Of a stretch of 64,000 bases of DNA, positions 9,666 through 20,483 are shown in pieces. The notes under the pieces were generated by a model, which worked only from the letters and a program-made list of their open reading frames with translations, was not told the DNA's origin and did no database searches. This DNA comes from an uncultured Ignavibacteriales bacterium (GTDB lineage: Bacteria; Zixibacteria; MSB-5A5; GN15; FEB-12), in assembly GCA_964464605.1 (NCBI GenBank), contig CAYXJN010000009.1, forward strand, positions 64,001-128,000, read 5' to 3'. A program made the translations under genes and the position numbers. The stretch's first letter is position 1. Each line of letters opens with the position of its first letter.

Positions 9666-10913
9666 CTAAGCGACCGATTCGGCCATCGTTTCGACATGGA
9701 CCGGAACAAAAAGGAGCAAGGCGGAGTAGTCGTACTGGAGATGAGAAAGCCGAACGGCATGGACCAAACAGGGCTTGCCGCCGGGGAGCTCAAACTCGCA
9801 GCGAAGCGGCCGTTCATTATGGACCGTTTTGGCTCCGAACCAATTCACGAAAGCATGCTCGATTTCAAGTGAGTTGTTCGGCGAAAGCGTCTTGGCAATA
9901 TCCAGATACGTGGCGTTCGGGCGAATCCGCCGCAAATGCCGACGAAGGGCCGTATTCAAATTGACTATCCGTCCATCCTCACCGATCTGGCAGGCACCGA
10001 CATCGGCAGCCTCAAGCGATGAAACAACCAAACGAAGTAAATCATCCGGCGCGGTGGCGATGTTGCTGGCAACTGAACGTCCGGAAAGCCCATCCAACAA
10101 AAGCGCGGCAAACCGGGCGCGCTGTACTGATTCTCTGGCGGTTTCGGTATCGATCTCCGACTCCCAGACTAAACGGAGCAACGAGGGTTCATCCCCAATC
10201 GTAATGACACGCACATATTCATACGGAATATCTTCAACCGATTCGAACACATTGATGTATTGCCCCGGATCGGTAAAGACAAACTCAAGGCCGCTTTCAG
10301 CGACTTTGGCATGTAATTCCGTTGTTCCCGGCGCAAGACTGAAGGGTGTGTCGGATTCACTATTTTTTTGAACGATACCGCGTAACTCCGGAGAGCCTTG
10401 AATAGTTGCATACAACAATGCCTGAGAAGCACCGGTGTACGTCAACAGCAAGTTCAACCGTTTTTGCCAGTCGATAGCGTATTGTTCCGCTAACAGTTCA
10501 ACGCAAAGCTCTTCGGCGAACATTTTCCGGTTTGTCGGAACCGGATGTTCCGCCGGAGCAACCGGCGTGAAAATAAACTGGAAATTCACCGGGTTACCGG
10601 CGATGAAATTAAGCGAAACAATCGTCGTGGTAGTTGTCGTTTTGCCATGGCGGCCGCTGACCGTCAGCGAGACAGCATCGAAAAATGATTCGTAGTGATT
10701 TCTGCGCGCAAACAGACTGACAACAAGTGAGCGGGAGGTTTCATCCATAAAATCGACTAAGGGGCGGCCGATCAGTTCCTCTTTGGATGCACCTAAAATC
10801 TCTTCTGCCTGCTCATCGACGAATACAAAACGTCCGCGAAAATCTACTTTGCAAACAGCACAACGGGTGAAACCGCTAATCTGCTGTTCGTTGTTTTGGA
10901 TGAGCATTGACAT
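9666..10913 (-). CDS. PAS-domain sensor protein with no recognisable output domain
   Basis: N-terminal PAS (VDFRGRFVFVDEQAEEILGASKEELIGRP), a GAF-like middle region and a second PAS-like segment (GEDGRIVNLN). Confidence 0.65.
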   Translation of the reverse strand: MSMLIQNNEQQISGFTRCAVCKVDFRGRFVFVDEQAEEILGASKEELIGRPLVDFMDETSRSLVVSLFARRNHYESFFDAVSLTVSGRHGKTTTTTTIVSLNFIAGNPVNFQFIFTPVAPAEHPVPTNRKMFAEELCVELLAEQYAIDWQKRLNLLLTYTGASQALLYATIQGSPELRGIVQKNSESDTPFSLAPGTTELHAKVAESGLEFVFTDPGQYINVFESVEDIPYEYVRVITIGDEPSLLRLVWESEIDTETARESVQRARFAALLLDGLSGRSVASNIATAPDDLLRLVVSSLEAADVGACQIGEDGRIVNLNTALRRHLRRIRPNATYLDIAKTLSPNNSLEIEHAFVNWFGAKTVHNERPLRCEFELPGGKPCLVHAVRLSHLQYDYSALLLFVPVHVETMAESVA

Positions 10914-11007
10914 AATCGTAGCCTAAATACCTTGTTGCTTCTTGTCGATTTCACGCCCGATTGCGCGTAAACGCACCTGTGACAGGAACGGCGCCTCTAT
11001 ACTAAAG

Positions 11008-11035
11008 TCATCGGCAGTCAGGCTCTGATTTTTTA
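11008..11035 (-). promoter_or_regulatory. Putative sigma28 (FliA/SigD)-type promoter of the PAS gene
   Basis: Minus strand TAAA-16 nt-GCCGATGA. Confidence 0.45.
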
Positions 11036-11067
11036 AGATTTTGTTAGAGAAAAATGAAAAAAAACGG

Positions 11068-11793
11068 CTATAGAACTTTGGTCAAAAATTCTTTGGTTCT
11101 CGGATGTTTCGGAGCGGAAAGTAATTCCCCCGGCGGCCCTTGTTCGACGATTTTTCCGGCATCCAAAAAGAGCACCCGATTGGCAACTTCCCGAGCAAAG
11201 CCGATTTCATGGGTCACCACCAGCATCGTCATTCCCTCTTTGGCCAGTTCTTTCATAACGCCGAGCACTTCCCCGGTCATTTCCGGGTCCAAAGCCGAAG
11301 TCGCCTCATCAAAAAGCATAATTTTCGGATTCATCGCCAAAGCCCGGGCGATTGCTACCCGCTGTTTCTGTCCGCCGGAGAGCTGGCCGGGATAGGAATC
11401 CGCTTTTTCCGCCATTCCGACTTTCCCCAAAAGCTTCAACGAAATTTCGCGAGCTTCCTCTGTTGATCTTTTGCGCACCAACCGCTGAGCGAGGCTGACA
11501 TTTTCAAGCACTGTCAGATGTGGGAACAGATTGAAACTCTGAAACACCATTCCGACTTCAAGACGGATCTGGTGGATTTCATGATGTTTCCGGTCGATGG
11601 TAAACCCGTCGATCGTAATTCTGCCCGACTGAATATCTTCAAGCGCATTTAAGCAGCGCAAAAACGTCGATTTACCCGAACCTGAGGGTCCGATAATAAC
11701 GACCACTTCCCCTTTTTCAACGGTAAGGCTGACACCATTGACTGCCGTCAAAGCACCGAACTTGCAGGTGATATTGTCGACTTCAACTAACAT
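11068..11793 (-). CDS. Polar amino acid ABC transporter ATP-binding protein (GlnQ-like)
   Basis: [43 protein letters not shown]. Confidence 0.95.
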   Translation of the reverse strand: MLVEVDNITCKFGALTAVNGVSLTVEKGEVVVIIGPSGSGKSTFLRCLNALEDIQSGRITIDGFTIDRKHHEIHQIRLEVGMVFQSFNLFPHLTVLENVSLAQRLVRKRSTEEAREISLKLLGKVGMAEKADSYPGQLSGGQKQRVAIARALAMNPKIMLFDEATSALDPEMTGEVLGVMKELAKEGMTMLVVTHEIGFAREVANRVLFLDAGKIVEQGPPGELLSAPKHPRTKEFLTKVL

Positions 11794-12469
11794 TCTTGTT
11801 TGCCCCATAGCCGACAATAGCGACTCGTTTTTCCAGCCATTTCACGACCCGCGTCAGCGTGAGAGTCATAACCAGATAAATTAATCCGACAACAATCCAG
11901 GTTTGAAAATCGAGAAAGTTCTGATTGGCGTATTCCCGTCCGGCGCGGGTCAGTTCCCGCAGGCCGATAATTGAAACTAACGATGAATCTTTCAAGCAGG
12001 CGATAAACTCATTCGCCGCAGGCGGCACGACAATCCTGATCGATTGCGGTAAAATAATATGCCGAAGTGTTTGCCAGCGGTTCATGCCGAGAGACATCGC
12101 TGCTTCATGCTGCCCGTAATCAATTGCTTCAATTCCGGTGCGGAAAATTTCAGCTAAATACGCGCCGTAACAGATACCGACCGCCAGCACACCGGCCACG
12201 AACCGGTCGACGTTGACTAATTTCCCTAACCCGAAGTAGATGAAAAAAATTAGCACCATGAGCGGTACGCCGCGCAGGGTGTTGATATACAGCCCCGCAA
12301 TAAACCGAATGATTTTATTCTGAGAAATTCGTGCAATGCCGAATATCAAGCCAAACACGAGCGCGAGCAGATAAGAAACGATGGTGATTAAAATCGTCCA
12401 GTGGACGCTTTGAATCAGATAGAAAAAGACGTTGGAAAATACCCCGAACTGCTCATTGATCCATCCCAT
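11783..12469 (-). CDS. Polar amino acid ABC transporter permease
   Basis: [31 protein letters not shown] motif, LKDSSL. Confidence 0.95.
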   Translation of the reverse strand: MGWINEQFGVFSNVFFYLIQSVHWTILITIVSYLLALVFGLIFGIARISQNKIIRFIAGLYINTLRGVPLMVLIFFIYFGLGKLVNVDRFVAGVLAVGICYGAYLAEIFRTGIEAIDYGQHEAAMSLGMNRWQTLRHIILPQSIRIVVPPAANEFIACLKDSSLVSIIGLRELTRAGREYANQNFLDFQTWIVVGLIYLVMTLTLTRVVKWLEKRVAIVGYGANKNVS

Positions 12470-12478
12470 ACGAGTGGG

Positions 12479-12507
12479 AAACTACCACCTGAGCTGTATC
12501 AGGTCAA
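12479..12507 (-). promoter_or_regulatory. Putative sigma70 promoter of the ABC permease with an embedded palindrome
   Basis: TTGACC-17 nt-TAGTTT, 9 nt before the ATG; ACCTGA-N6-TCAGGT inverted repeat across the -35 box and spacer. Confidence 0.5.
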
Positions 12508-12513
12508 GCGGGG

Positions 12514-15381
12514 CTACTTTTTCTTAAGAAAGTCTTCCGCTTTTTGTAGCAAGCCTTTTCCGGCATTTTTCAAAAGCGACGTTGTGGCCTGTTTGACCAT
12601 GCCTTCAGTATCAAGTTTGAGTACCGGCTTATCGACAGTCCCCTCAATCGACAGCGGCAACGGCAAGCGCTGATTACTGTCGTCAGTAAGTGAGCCGGCA
12701 ACTGAGCCGAAAAGTTTGGAGTTGAGCAGTTTTGACGACATTTCTTTTGACAGCAGAATTGACCCTGAATAGCCTAATCCCCCGTTAAAACCGTACGATC
12801 CACCTAATTCTAAATCGCCGAGCGTTCCCAATGATGTTTTCAGCTTGTCGACTTTCACACGTCCATCTTCAACAACGATATTACTGAGGAAATTTCTGAC
12901 TGGTTGTTCAGCCGCTATCGACCCGCCGAATAAAGAGGCAAACGATGAAACCGCGGTGTGAGCGAAACCAGACATGACCAGTTTTCCTTCTTTCACTGCA
13001 CTCTGCCCATTCATACTCAAAGATTTCAGAAAATCTTCCGGCTCCCAACCTACCGCATCATACGTTCCCTTGAGTTCCAGTTTTCCAAAGAGAAATCCGG
13101 AGAAGGGGGTAAAGCGCTGTACGAAATCATCCGCCTCCACCTGACTCGCCTGAAACTCGCCGGAATATCTCGGCGCAGAAAAATCATTCAGATCAAGCGT
13201 CGTTTGACCGGTGACGCTGCCGCTGTACACTTTTCCCTGCACGTCGTTCACGTCGATTTTCCGGTCATGAATCTTCACCTGACCGGTCACATTCGTAAAC
13301 TCGACTTTGGAATAAACCAATGTATCGAAGCTAATAGCGCCGCGCCCGTCGATATCCGGCAAAAGAAGCATCGAAACAGAATCCATAGCTTCGGCGCCGG
13401 ATGCTGCTGCCGCTGCGGCAACCGCGCTATCCTGCGCGCCGGGCACTGCTTCGGGGAACAGTTTATCGGTATCGAATTTTTTCGATTTCAGTGAGAAGAG
13501 AAACACCGGTTTGGCCAGCTTGCTCCGGTCGAGTGTTTGCAAAGGGAGCAGATACGGAAACGGCTTGCTTAATTTCCCGATCAAACTGACATCGCTTGAG
13601 ACAAATTGAACATCCAATTTGCGTACCATGATCGTGTCAGGATTAACAAAGATATCCGCCTCCAACTGCCGCACCGGTTCCGGCAAAAGGCTGTCGGTAT
13701 AGGAAGCATTCGTAATCTGAATACTGCCGCGCGGCTTGATAGCCGCCATATCATTGATTGGTCCGGTAACGGCGATATCAAGATTCGCTTTACCCATTAA
13801 TTTCGGATTTCCCTTCGGCGGCAAATACGCATTCGCCAGCGCGAGGTCACCATTCACTTTCAACTTGCCATCGACCAACGTACGAATCGACTGCGCATGC
13901 GCGCTGTCGGCCAGGAAGTAGGCAAGCAGCCCTTCCATCCGTCCGGTGAAATTGATATCAGCTGATTTGGATTGCGCGGTGAACGTCGACACGGTCGATA
14001 CATTTTTATCGAACCGAATATCAAGCATGATGTTCTGCAATGATTCCGGCACTAACGGTGAAAAATAGGTGCCGTTCGTCATTTCTACCCGTCCCGCAAA
14101 ATCGGCCTGTTCAAATCGTTTGACCGGTCCGGCGAATGAGACATTGAATTTAGTTTTGCCGGACATCTCATGTTTTCCTGCCGTCGGCAAAAAGGGCATG
14201 ACATACGCTAAATCAAGTGTTCCCGCTATTTCACCGCGTGCATTTGGATCGGCAAAGTTTTCTACGATAGCATGACCCAAAAGTGGGTTGCCGTCGAACG
14301 AACCCTCTGCAATTGTCAGTCGAACGGTATCAGTGCGAAAATCAAGCGAAGCGCGCTGCACCAACATTTGCCCCGGAATTGCTTTTGCCGCTAACTTCAT
14401 CCCGTTGAGCTCAGCGTTTCCTTCGTAATACATGCCGGCTGAATCTTCCGGTTTGAGCGTAACATCAGCGTGAAGCGAAAAATTGCCGTCGACAGTGTAG
14501 TCGGCAAGTATCTCCCGCTGGGTTGGGGACAATAAACTCAGCAGTTGTGAAACAGATAAATCGGCAGCATTGACTGAAATCGATCCGGCCGTACCCGGTG
14601 TATCGACAACTAAATTAGCAGCTAAATCCAGCGTGACACCATTGATACTCAGTCGCGTATCTTTCAAAACCAGCGCTTTGGTAGCGGGTGCGTAGTCTCC
14701 GGCATAGTTAAGCGTTACCTGCATAGGCGGGAACGGAGAATCGGTTGTGACTACGGCAGTATCGACGACTAATCTTCCTTTGGATTGATAACTGCCCGAT
14801 GATGAGGTATTCAGCGAGGATTCCAGCGTAATGCCGTTCAACCGTGCGCTGAGTTTGCTGCTGTCATCAACATAACTGATTAACCCGTTCACCAATTCAA
14901 GCCGATCAAATGCAATTGCGGCCGTTGCTCCCTTCGCTTCGGAAGGAACCGCTTGCGCCGGCGTTCCGACTGCGGCGGAATCAAGGTTGGCGAAAACATA
15001 GTTGGTGGTGCCATCAACATGTTTTTCCAAATAGACTTTCGGAGCAGTCACCACAAGGCGACTGACTTTGTAGTTTCCTGACAAAAGCGGCCAGAACTGG
15101 AGTTTGACATCAAGCTTTTCAACGGAGGCCATCTGCGGCGATTGCCATCCCGGCGGATTGCCGATGGCAACGTTATTAAGCTCTACACCAAGCCCACCCC
15201 AGATAGAAAAATCAATCACACCGATTTCTACCGTGCGGCCAAGCAGCTCACTCCCTTTGCTGGTTGCTATATCCCGAACCTTGTCTTCCGGAAAAAAGAG
15301 CGTGAGGCCGACTACTGCTATAACCAAAAGCCCGACAATTATGCCGATAGTCCAAATGAATAGTTTTCCAATACGTGCCAT
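12514..15381 (-). CDS. AsmA family protein
   Basis: N-terminal TM anchor, LGRTVEIG..., LDVKLQFWPLLSG...P.VYLEK..DG..N, long beta-taco body, C-terminal LPLSIEGTVDKP. Confidence 0.85.
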   Translation of the reverse strand: MARIGKLFIWTIGIIVGLLVIAVVGLTLFFPEDKVRDIATSKGSELLGRTVEIGVIDFSIWGGLGVELNNVAIGNPPGWQSPQMASVEKLDVKLQFWPLLSGNYKVSRLVVTAPKVYLEKHVDGTTNYVFANLDSAAVGTPAQAVPSEAKGATAAIAFDRLELVNGLISYVDDSSKLSARLNGITLESSLNTSSSGSYQSKGRLVVDTAVVTTDSPFPPMQVTLNYAGDYAPATKALVLKDTRLSINGVTLDLAANLVVDTPGTAGSISVNAADLSVSQLLSLLSPTQREILADYTVDGNFSLHADVTLKPEDSAGMYYEGNAELNGMKLAAKAIPGQMLVQRASLDFRTDTVRLTIAEGSFDGNPLLGHAIVENFADPNARGEIAGTLDLAYVMPFLPTAGKHEMSGKTKFNVSFAGPVKRFEQADFAGRVEMTNGTYFSPLVPESLQNIMLDIRFDKNVSTVSTFTAQSKSADINFTGRMEGLLAYFLADSAHAQSIRTLVDGKLKVNGDLALANAYLPPKGNPKLMGKANLDIAVTGPINDMAAIKPRGSIQITNASYTDSLLPEPVRQLEADIFVNPDTIMVRKLDVQFVSSDVSLIGKLSKPFPYLLPLQTLDRSKLAKPVFLFSLKSKKFDTDKLFPEAVPGAQDSAVAAAAAASGAEAMDSVSMLLLPDIDGRGAISFDTLVYSKVEFTNVTGQVKIHDRKIDVNDVQGKVYSGSVTGQTTLDLNDFSAPRYSGEFQASQVEADDFVQRFTPFSGFLFGKLELKGTYDAVGWEPEDFLKSLSMNGQSAVKEGKLVMSGFAHTAVSSFASLFGGSIAAEQPVRNFLSNIVVEDGRVKVDKLKTSLGTLGDLELGGSYGFNGGLGYSGSILLSKEMSSKLLNSKLFGSVAGSLTDDSNQRLPLPLSIEGTVDKPVLKLDTEGMVKQATTSLLKNAGKGLLQKAEDFLKKK

Positions 15382-15440
15382 GCTGATTTCACCTTGTTAA
15401 TCGTGTATATAAATTTATACACGCATACGGATTTCTGCGA

Positions 15441-16121
15441 CTAAAACTCCAGCGTATCACCCGTTTTCATAATTATGGTCTCGGCGGCCTTTACGAGCGT
15501 ACGGAATTTTTCCGGGTCGGCCACGATAATCGGCCAGGTATTGTAATGAATCGGGACAACTTTTTTTGTTTTCAAAAACTCAGCGGCAAGGGCGGCATCT
15601 TCTATCCCCATCGTGTAATTATCCCCGATCGGCAAAAAGGCGAGATCGATGTTGTTTCGTTCCCCGATCAGTTTCATATCATAAAACAGTCCGGTATCAC
15701 CGGCGTGATAGAGTGTCTTTCCGTCAACTGTCACCAATATCCCTACCGGCGGTCCGGCATAGATAAGATTTTTAGCTTCGTAGCCGCCTCCATGATGCGC
15801 AATCGTCAACTTCACCCGCCCAAACGGAAACTGGTATGCTCCTCCGGCATGCATAGTATGTACCGACTTTACCCCTTCCTGCTCCAAAAGCGTTCCTAAT
15901 TCGAAATTCGCGATAATCGTCGCATTGCAGCGTTTGGCAATCGAAACTGCATCTCCGACATGATCCGCGTGTCCATGCGATATCAAAATAAAATCAGCAG
16001 AAACAGAATCGGCCGAAACTTTAGCTGCGGGGTTGTGAGTAAAAAAGGGATCAATAAGGATTTTATGATTTGCCGTCTCGATACCGACCGCGGAGTGTCC
16101 GTAATAAACTATTTTTGGCAT
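15441..16121 (-). CDS. Metallo-beta-lactamase-fold hydrolase (UPF0173)
   Basis: YYGHS, IDPF, SHGHADH, YHAGDTG, LPIGDNYTMG, PIHYNTWP. Confidence 0.92.
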   Translation of the reverse strand: MPKIVYYGHSAVGIETANHKILIDPFFTHNPAAKVSADSVSADFILISHGHADHVGDAVSIAKRCNATIIANFELGTLLEQEGVKSVHTMHAGGAYQFPFGRVKLTIAHHGGGYEAKNLIYAGPPVGILVTVDGKTLYHAGDTGLFYDMKLIGERNNIDLAFLPIGDNYTMGIEDAALAAEFLKTKKVVPIHYNTWPIIVADPEKFRTLVKAAETIIMKTGDTLEF

Positions 16122-16152
16122 ACAACGTCCCTGTTAGCTGATGAAAGTGAAA

Positions 16153-17238
16153 CTATTGAATCAACCCGCCGCCCAAAACCAAATCATCCTGATAAAACAC
16201 AACTGACTGCCCGGCGGTTATGGCGCGCTGCTGATCGGTAAAGCGAATATGCACGCGCCCATCCTCAAGTGGAGTCAGCAAGGCCGGCGCAGGCTGATGC
16301 AGATACCGAATTTTTACTTCGGCAGAAATCGTTTCGGCAAGCGGCTCTCCGCCGACCCAGTTGATCGTACCGGCGACTAACGTATCGCGGAAAAGTTCAT
16401 CATTATCTCCGACAATCACCCGCCGGGTCTCCGGCTCGATTCGCTGGACATAGAGCGGCGTCGGATGTGCAATCCCCAATCCCTTCCGCTGGCCGACGGT
16501 GTAGAACGCCGTACCGGCATGCTTGCCCAATACACGCCCATCAGTATGAACGATTTCACCACCGTCAAATGTCCGTCCGCGCTTACCTTCATACTCGGAT
16601 AAAAAGCGACGGTAATTGTTATCTGCCACAAAACAGATTTCCCGTGATTCCGGTTTCGCAGCCGTGCGTAAATTGTGCTTACGGGCAATCTCCCGCACTT
16701 CGGTCTTCTTCATCGACCCGAGCGGCATCAACGTGTGAGCGAGCGCATCCTGCTTGACCCCCCACAACACATATGACTGATCACGGGTACCATCTACTCC
16801 CTTGCGAATACCGAAACGGCCATTTGCTTCCTGAGTAATCGTTGCATAATGACCGGTTGCAATCTGGTCGCAGCCCAATTCCCGTGCTTTGCGTAAAAAC
16901 TCATGCCATTTGACATCAGTGTTGCACATAACACAGGGATTCGGCGTACGCCCCTCACGGTATTCGGTCACGAAGTTTTCGATAACGGTATCACGAAAAT
17001 GAGCGGATAAATTGAGAACATAAAACGGCGCGTTGATAGCGTCGCAGACCATCCGGCAGTCCGTAATGGAATCAATGGTACAGCAGCGACCATCTTTGTA
17101 GACATCGGCGCCGACGGTTACATAATCCCACAACTTCATATGGGCGCCAACGACTTCATACCCCTGCTCCTTCAATAACAGAGCAGCGACAGAGGAATCG
17201 ACCCCGCCCGACATGGCAACAAGAACACGCTTATTCAT
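16153..17238 (-). CDS. mnmA: tRNA 2-thiouridylase MnmA
   Basis: AMSGGVDSS, TPNPCVMCN, ATGHYA, DQSYVL, ESREICF, YTVGQRKGL, GQSVVFY. Confidence 0.97.
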   Translation of the reverse strand: MNKRVLVAMSGGVDSSVAALLLKEQGYEVVGAHMKLWDYVTVGADVYKDGRCCTIDSITDCRMVCDAINAPFYVLNLSAHFRDTVIENFVTEYREGRTPNPCVMCNTDVKWHEFLRKARELGCDQIATGHYATITQEANGRFGIRKGVDGTRDQSYVLWGVKQDALAHTLMPLGSMKKTEVREIARKHNLRTAAKPESREICFVADNNYRRFLSEYEGKRGRTFDGGEIVHTDGRVLGKHAGTAFYTVGQRKGLGIAHPTPLYVQRIEPETRRVIVGDNDELFRDTLVAGTINWVGGEPLAETISAEVKIRYLHQPAPALLTPLEDGRVHIRFTDQQRAITAGQSVVFYQDDLVLGGGLIQ

Positions 17239-17263
17239 AGATACCGGGAAAATACGAAGAAGA

Positions 17264-18436
17264 CTAACGGGACGCAATGCCCGCAGTCGGCGATAAACCG
17301 CGCAGACGTTCGACTATAGGTGGAAGGACGGTAAGCACCCGCTCAAGCTTAGCTCTGGTGGTGGAGCGGCCCATTGAAAAACGGACGGCGCCGATGGCTG
17401 TTTGACGGTCGATTCCCATAGCGGTCAGCACATGAGACGGCTCGGTTGCACCGGAGGTACAGGCGGAACCGGAGGAAACAGCGATCCCCTCCATATCTAA
17501 AGACAATACAATCGTCTCCCCCTCCAGACCGACGAAGGAAACATTGACTGTTTGCGGAATCCGGCGATGGCGCGGTGAATTGAGATGCGTATTCGGAATC
17601 GTTTCAAGCAAACTCGTGATGAAAAAATCAGCGAGTTCGTTCATATAGGCATAATCGATTTCCCGGTGCTTCTCGGCGATTTGCAATGCTTTCGCCAAAC
17701 CGACGGCACCGGCGATATTTTCTGTACCGGGACGGCGTTTCTTTTCATGCGAACCACCGTACATCAGCGGCATAACCTTAATCCCCTGCCGGATGAACAG
17801 CGCACCTGCTCCCTTTGGTCCGTAAATCTTATGGCCCGTCAGAGAAAGCATATCGACGCCCAACTCATGCACATTCACCGGGATTTTTCCGATCGATTGT
17901 ACGGCATCGGTATGAAACAAAATATTTCGTTCGTGCGCTACCTGCGCCAAGGCTGCTATATCCTGAATCGATCCGGTTTCATTGTTGGAATGCATCACGG
18001 AAACAAGCGCAGTTTTATCGGTCAACAATCCCTGTAACTGCTGCGACGAGGCAAACCCTTCTTTATCGACCGGCAGCCAGTCAAAGGCAAAGCCGTCGAC
18101 ATGATGCAGATGTTCCGCCGTCTCTGTGATGGCATGATGTTCCGTTGAACCGACAATGATATGATTTTTACGTGCCCGTAGTTGATATGCTGTTCCTAAA
18201 ATTGCGAGATTATCTGATTCTGTTCCCCCTGAGGTAAAATACAACTCCTGGGGTTGACACCCAATGATAGCGGCAATCGTTTCCCGCGACTGTTCCAAAG
18301 CGACTTTGGCGTCACGTCCGTACGAATGGACAGAACTGGCATTGCCGAATGTCCCCCGTAAGTAGGGGAGCATGGCCTCGACGACTTCCGGGTCGACCGG
18401 GGTAGTGGCGTTATGATCTAAGTAAATAGATTCCAT
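17264..18436 (-). CDS. iscS: Cysteine desulfurase (IscS/NifS type)
   Basis: YLDHNATT, FTSGGTES, HTDAVQ, GHKIYGPKG, SSGSACTS catalytic Cys. Confidence 0.93.
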   Translation of the reverse strand: MESIYLDHNATTPVDPEVVEAMLPYLRGTFGNASSVHSYGRDAKVALEQSRETIAAIIGCQPQELYFTSGGTESDNLAILGTAYQLRARKNHIIVGSTEHHAITETAEHLHHVDGFAFDWLPVDKEGFASSQQLQGLLTDKTALVSVMHSNNETGSIQDIAALAQVAHERNILFHTDAVQSIGKIPVNVHELGVDMLSLTGHKIYGPKGAGALFIRQGIKVMPLMYGGSHEKKRRPGTENIAGAVGLAKALQIAEKHREIDYAYMNELADFFITSLLETIPNTHLNSPRHRRIPQTVNVSFVGLEGETIVLSLDMEGIAVSSGSACTSGATEPSHVLTAMGIDRQTAIGAVRFSMGRSTTRAKLERVLTVLPPIVERLRGLSPTAGIASR

Positions 18437-18488
18437 ATACTTATATAAACCGTTTACCGTCGTTTTGTTTCACCAAAGGCGGTAAAAA

Positions 18489-20483
18489 TCAGAAGGCATA
18501 TAATATAGTAAAATGCCAGCGATTGTCAGCACTAAAATGCTCGGTCGCAACATGCCGTCCATAGTCGATTCGAATCGGCCCGGCAGGGGAAACTAACTGA
18601 AAGCCGGTACCGTAGGCAAAGGCAAGATTCGATACATTAACCTGTGCGTCATTAACAAAGCCGTTTCCGATATCGACAAACACCGATTGCCAAAGCGGCA
18701 AATCCACAAACAAACGCCCTAAAACCGGTATTGCAGCCAAAACTTGAACAGTCTTCCAGCGAAACTCCTGGTTAAGTAAAACAAAACTATTTGCGCCGTC
18801 CGGAGAACGGTCAGCACGTAGTGGCCCCAACGTGTTCTCCGAAAAACTTCGTACCGTATTTGCCCCGCCTAAATAAAAGCGCTCTTCACGCGGAATATCG
18901 GTCGAGGCACCGAACGGTTCCCCCCATCCACCTTTGATTCGTGTCGCCGATACCCAGCCGGGCCAGATACGCTGATACCGTGACCAACTTGCCGACACTT
19001 TGTAAAAATTATCATCACCGCCTAATACGCCGCCGAAATATTCGGTCGATAGCTCAACCAATGAACCCCGCTCCGGTACGAACAAATTGTTACGGCTGTC
19101 GCGGCGGATACTGGTGTACATTCGTCTGCGGATCGCAAGCCCTGCTTCTTCCCGTGCCAATTCTTCTTCGCTTTGCGGAATGCCGGTAATATCGACCGAC
19201 TGATATTCAAACCCGCCGCCGACAACAATGTTCGAGCTGAGTTCACGCGTCGTTGACGCAGAAAGTTTCCATGACTCGATATCATAGTCCTGCAGCAAGG
19301 ATTTCAACGGCGGTTCATACTGCAGCGTCACAATAAGCGGCATCCGGATATGAAACAACCAGGGCTCGGTATATTGGAATTGATACCGGTGAGTCACTAA
19401 CCGTGAATCGGAACCGAATGAAAATGAATAAAATGCACCAATATCGAGCTTTCGTGAGCCGAGAAAATTCCGCTGTCCGAAATTACCGGAAAGATCCCAA
19501 ATCAGATCTCTTGCTTCCGACTGACCAGCACCGGTACGGAGAGTAACATATCGTGATTTCCGTTCCCGTACACGTATCAATAAATCCGGCCGGGTACGGC
19601 TGCCGGATTCTTCCGACTCTCCGATATTCGCTGATGAAAAATATCCTGACGAAAACAACCGCGACTGCGAAGCAATAATCTTCTTTCGACTGTACACATC
19701 ACCGGTTTTAAAGGCAAGCTCCCGTCGCACGGTTTTTTCCGGATACTTGCTGGTTCCGTCGACTTGTATGTTTCCAAAATACACTAATGAGTCAGCGATA
19801 ATCGAAAAGCGCACCGGGATATTCGCCTGACGGCTTGTCGTGTCCAATGCATAGCTGATTTGTGCGTACGGGTGGCCGTTGTTTGCATACAGTGTTTTAA
19901 TTTCCGCAACGGCTTCGGCCAATCGTAGAAGATTTATCGGCTCTTTCGGTTTGATTTTCTTGAGGATACTTTCGACACGCGGCTGGTACCAAAACGCAAG
20001 TGAATCGATTACCACGACCGTGTCGACAAACCACTGCCGCCCTTCTTCGATTTTGACATGCATCAGCGCGGGTGGAATTTTTTTATCATTTTCTTCGCGC
20101 GCAGAAAAGGATTGCAGGCTTGCGGAATCAGGCAAAATCGGCTCGAACGTAATGTCGATATTGGGATTGATGAATCCATTCGTGACATAGAGATATTTGA
20201 TTTCAAGCGTATCTCTTCCCACCGATTCCCGCTGCACCCGGCTTCGTCTGTCTCCGTTAATACGGCGTAAAAACGAACTGGTGCGGGAATACAACCGCTT
20301 GCGGATTTCTCCCGCTTCAAAATACTGATTCCCGGTAACATCGATCGACTTGATAACCGGCTTATTGCGAAGCCAGCGGATAATCGTACGATTTTCCCGC
20401 GTCAATTGCTCCTGCGCCATAACTGACCCCAAAAGAAGCAGCAGCGCCGATATGATGATTAGTACTGTTTTCAAAAGTCCCAA
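18489..20483 (-). CDS. Omp85 family outer-membrane protein (TamA/BamA-like) with POTRA domains
   Basis: Signal peptide, POTRA motifs (Y...GY/GH, GxI.V.G), RFYLGGANTVRSF, FVDIGN, SPAGPIRIDYG, terminal F. Confidence 0.9.
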   Translation of the reverse strand: MGLLKTVLIIISALLLLLGSVMAQEQLTRENRTIIRWLRNKPVIKSIDVTGNQYFEAGEIRKRLYSRTSSFLRRINGDRRSRVQRESVGRDTLEIKYLYVTNGFINPNIDITFEPILPDSASLQSFSAREENDKKIPPALMHVKIEEGRQWFVDTVVVIDSLAFWYQPRVESILKKIKPKEPINLLRLAEAVAEIKTLYANNGHPYAQISYALDTTSRQANIPVRFSIIADSLVYFGNIQVDGTSKYPEKTVRRELAFKTGDVYSRKKIIASQSRLFSSGYFSSANIGESEESGSRTRPDLLIRVRERKSRYVTLRTGAGQSEARDLIWDLSGNFGQRNFLGSRKLDIGAFYSFSFGSDSRLVTHRYQFQYTEPWLFHIRMPLIVTLQYEPPLKSLLQDYDIESWKLSASTTRELSSNIVVGGGFEYQSVDITGIPQSEEELAREEAGLAIRRRMYTSIRRDSRNNLFVPERGSLVELSTEYFGGVLGGDDNFYKVSASWSRYQRIWPGWVSATRIKGGWGEPFGASTDIPREERFYLGGANTVRSFSENTLGPLRADRSPDGANSFVLLNQEFRWKTVQVLAAIPVLGRLFVDLPLWQSVFVDIGNGFVNDAQVNVSNLAFAYGTGFQLVSPAGPIRIDYGRHVATEHFSADNRWHFTILYAF

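Noticed and set aside
15402..15423. Palindrome CGTGTATA-TAAATT-TATACACG before asmA as a new element
   Set aside because: It is a single copy and cannot be distinguished from a simple operator or weak terminator.
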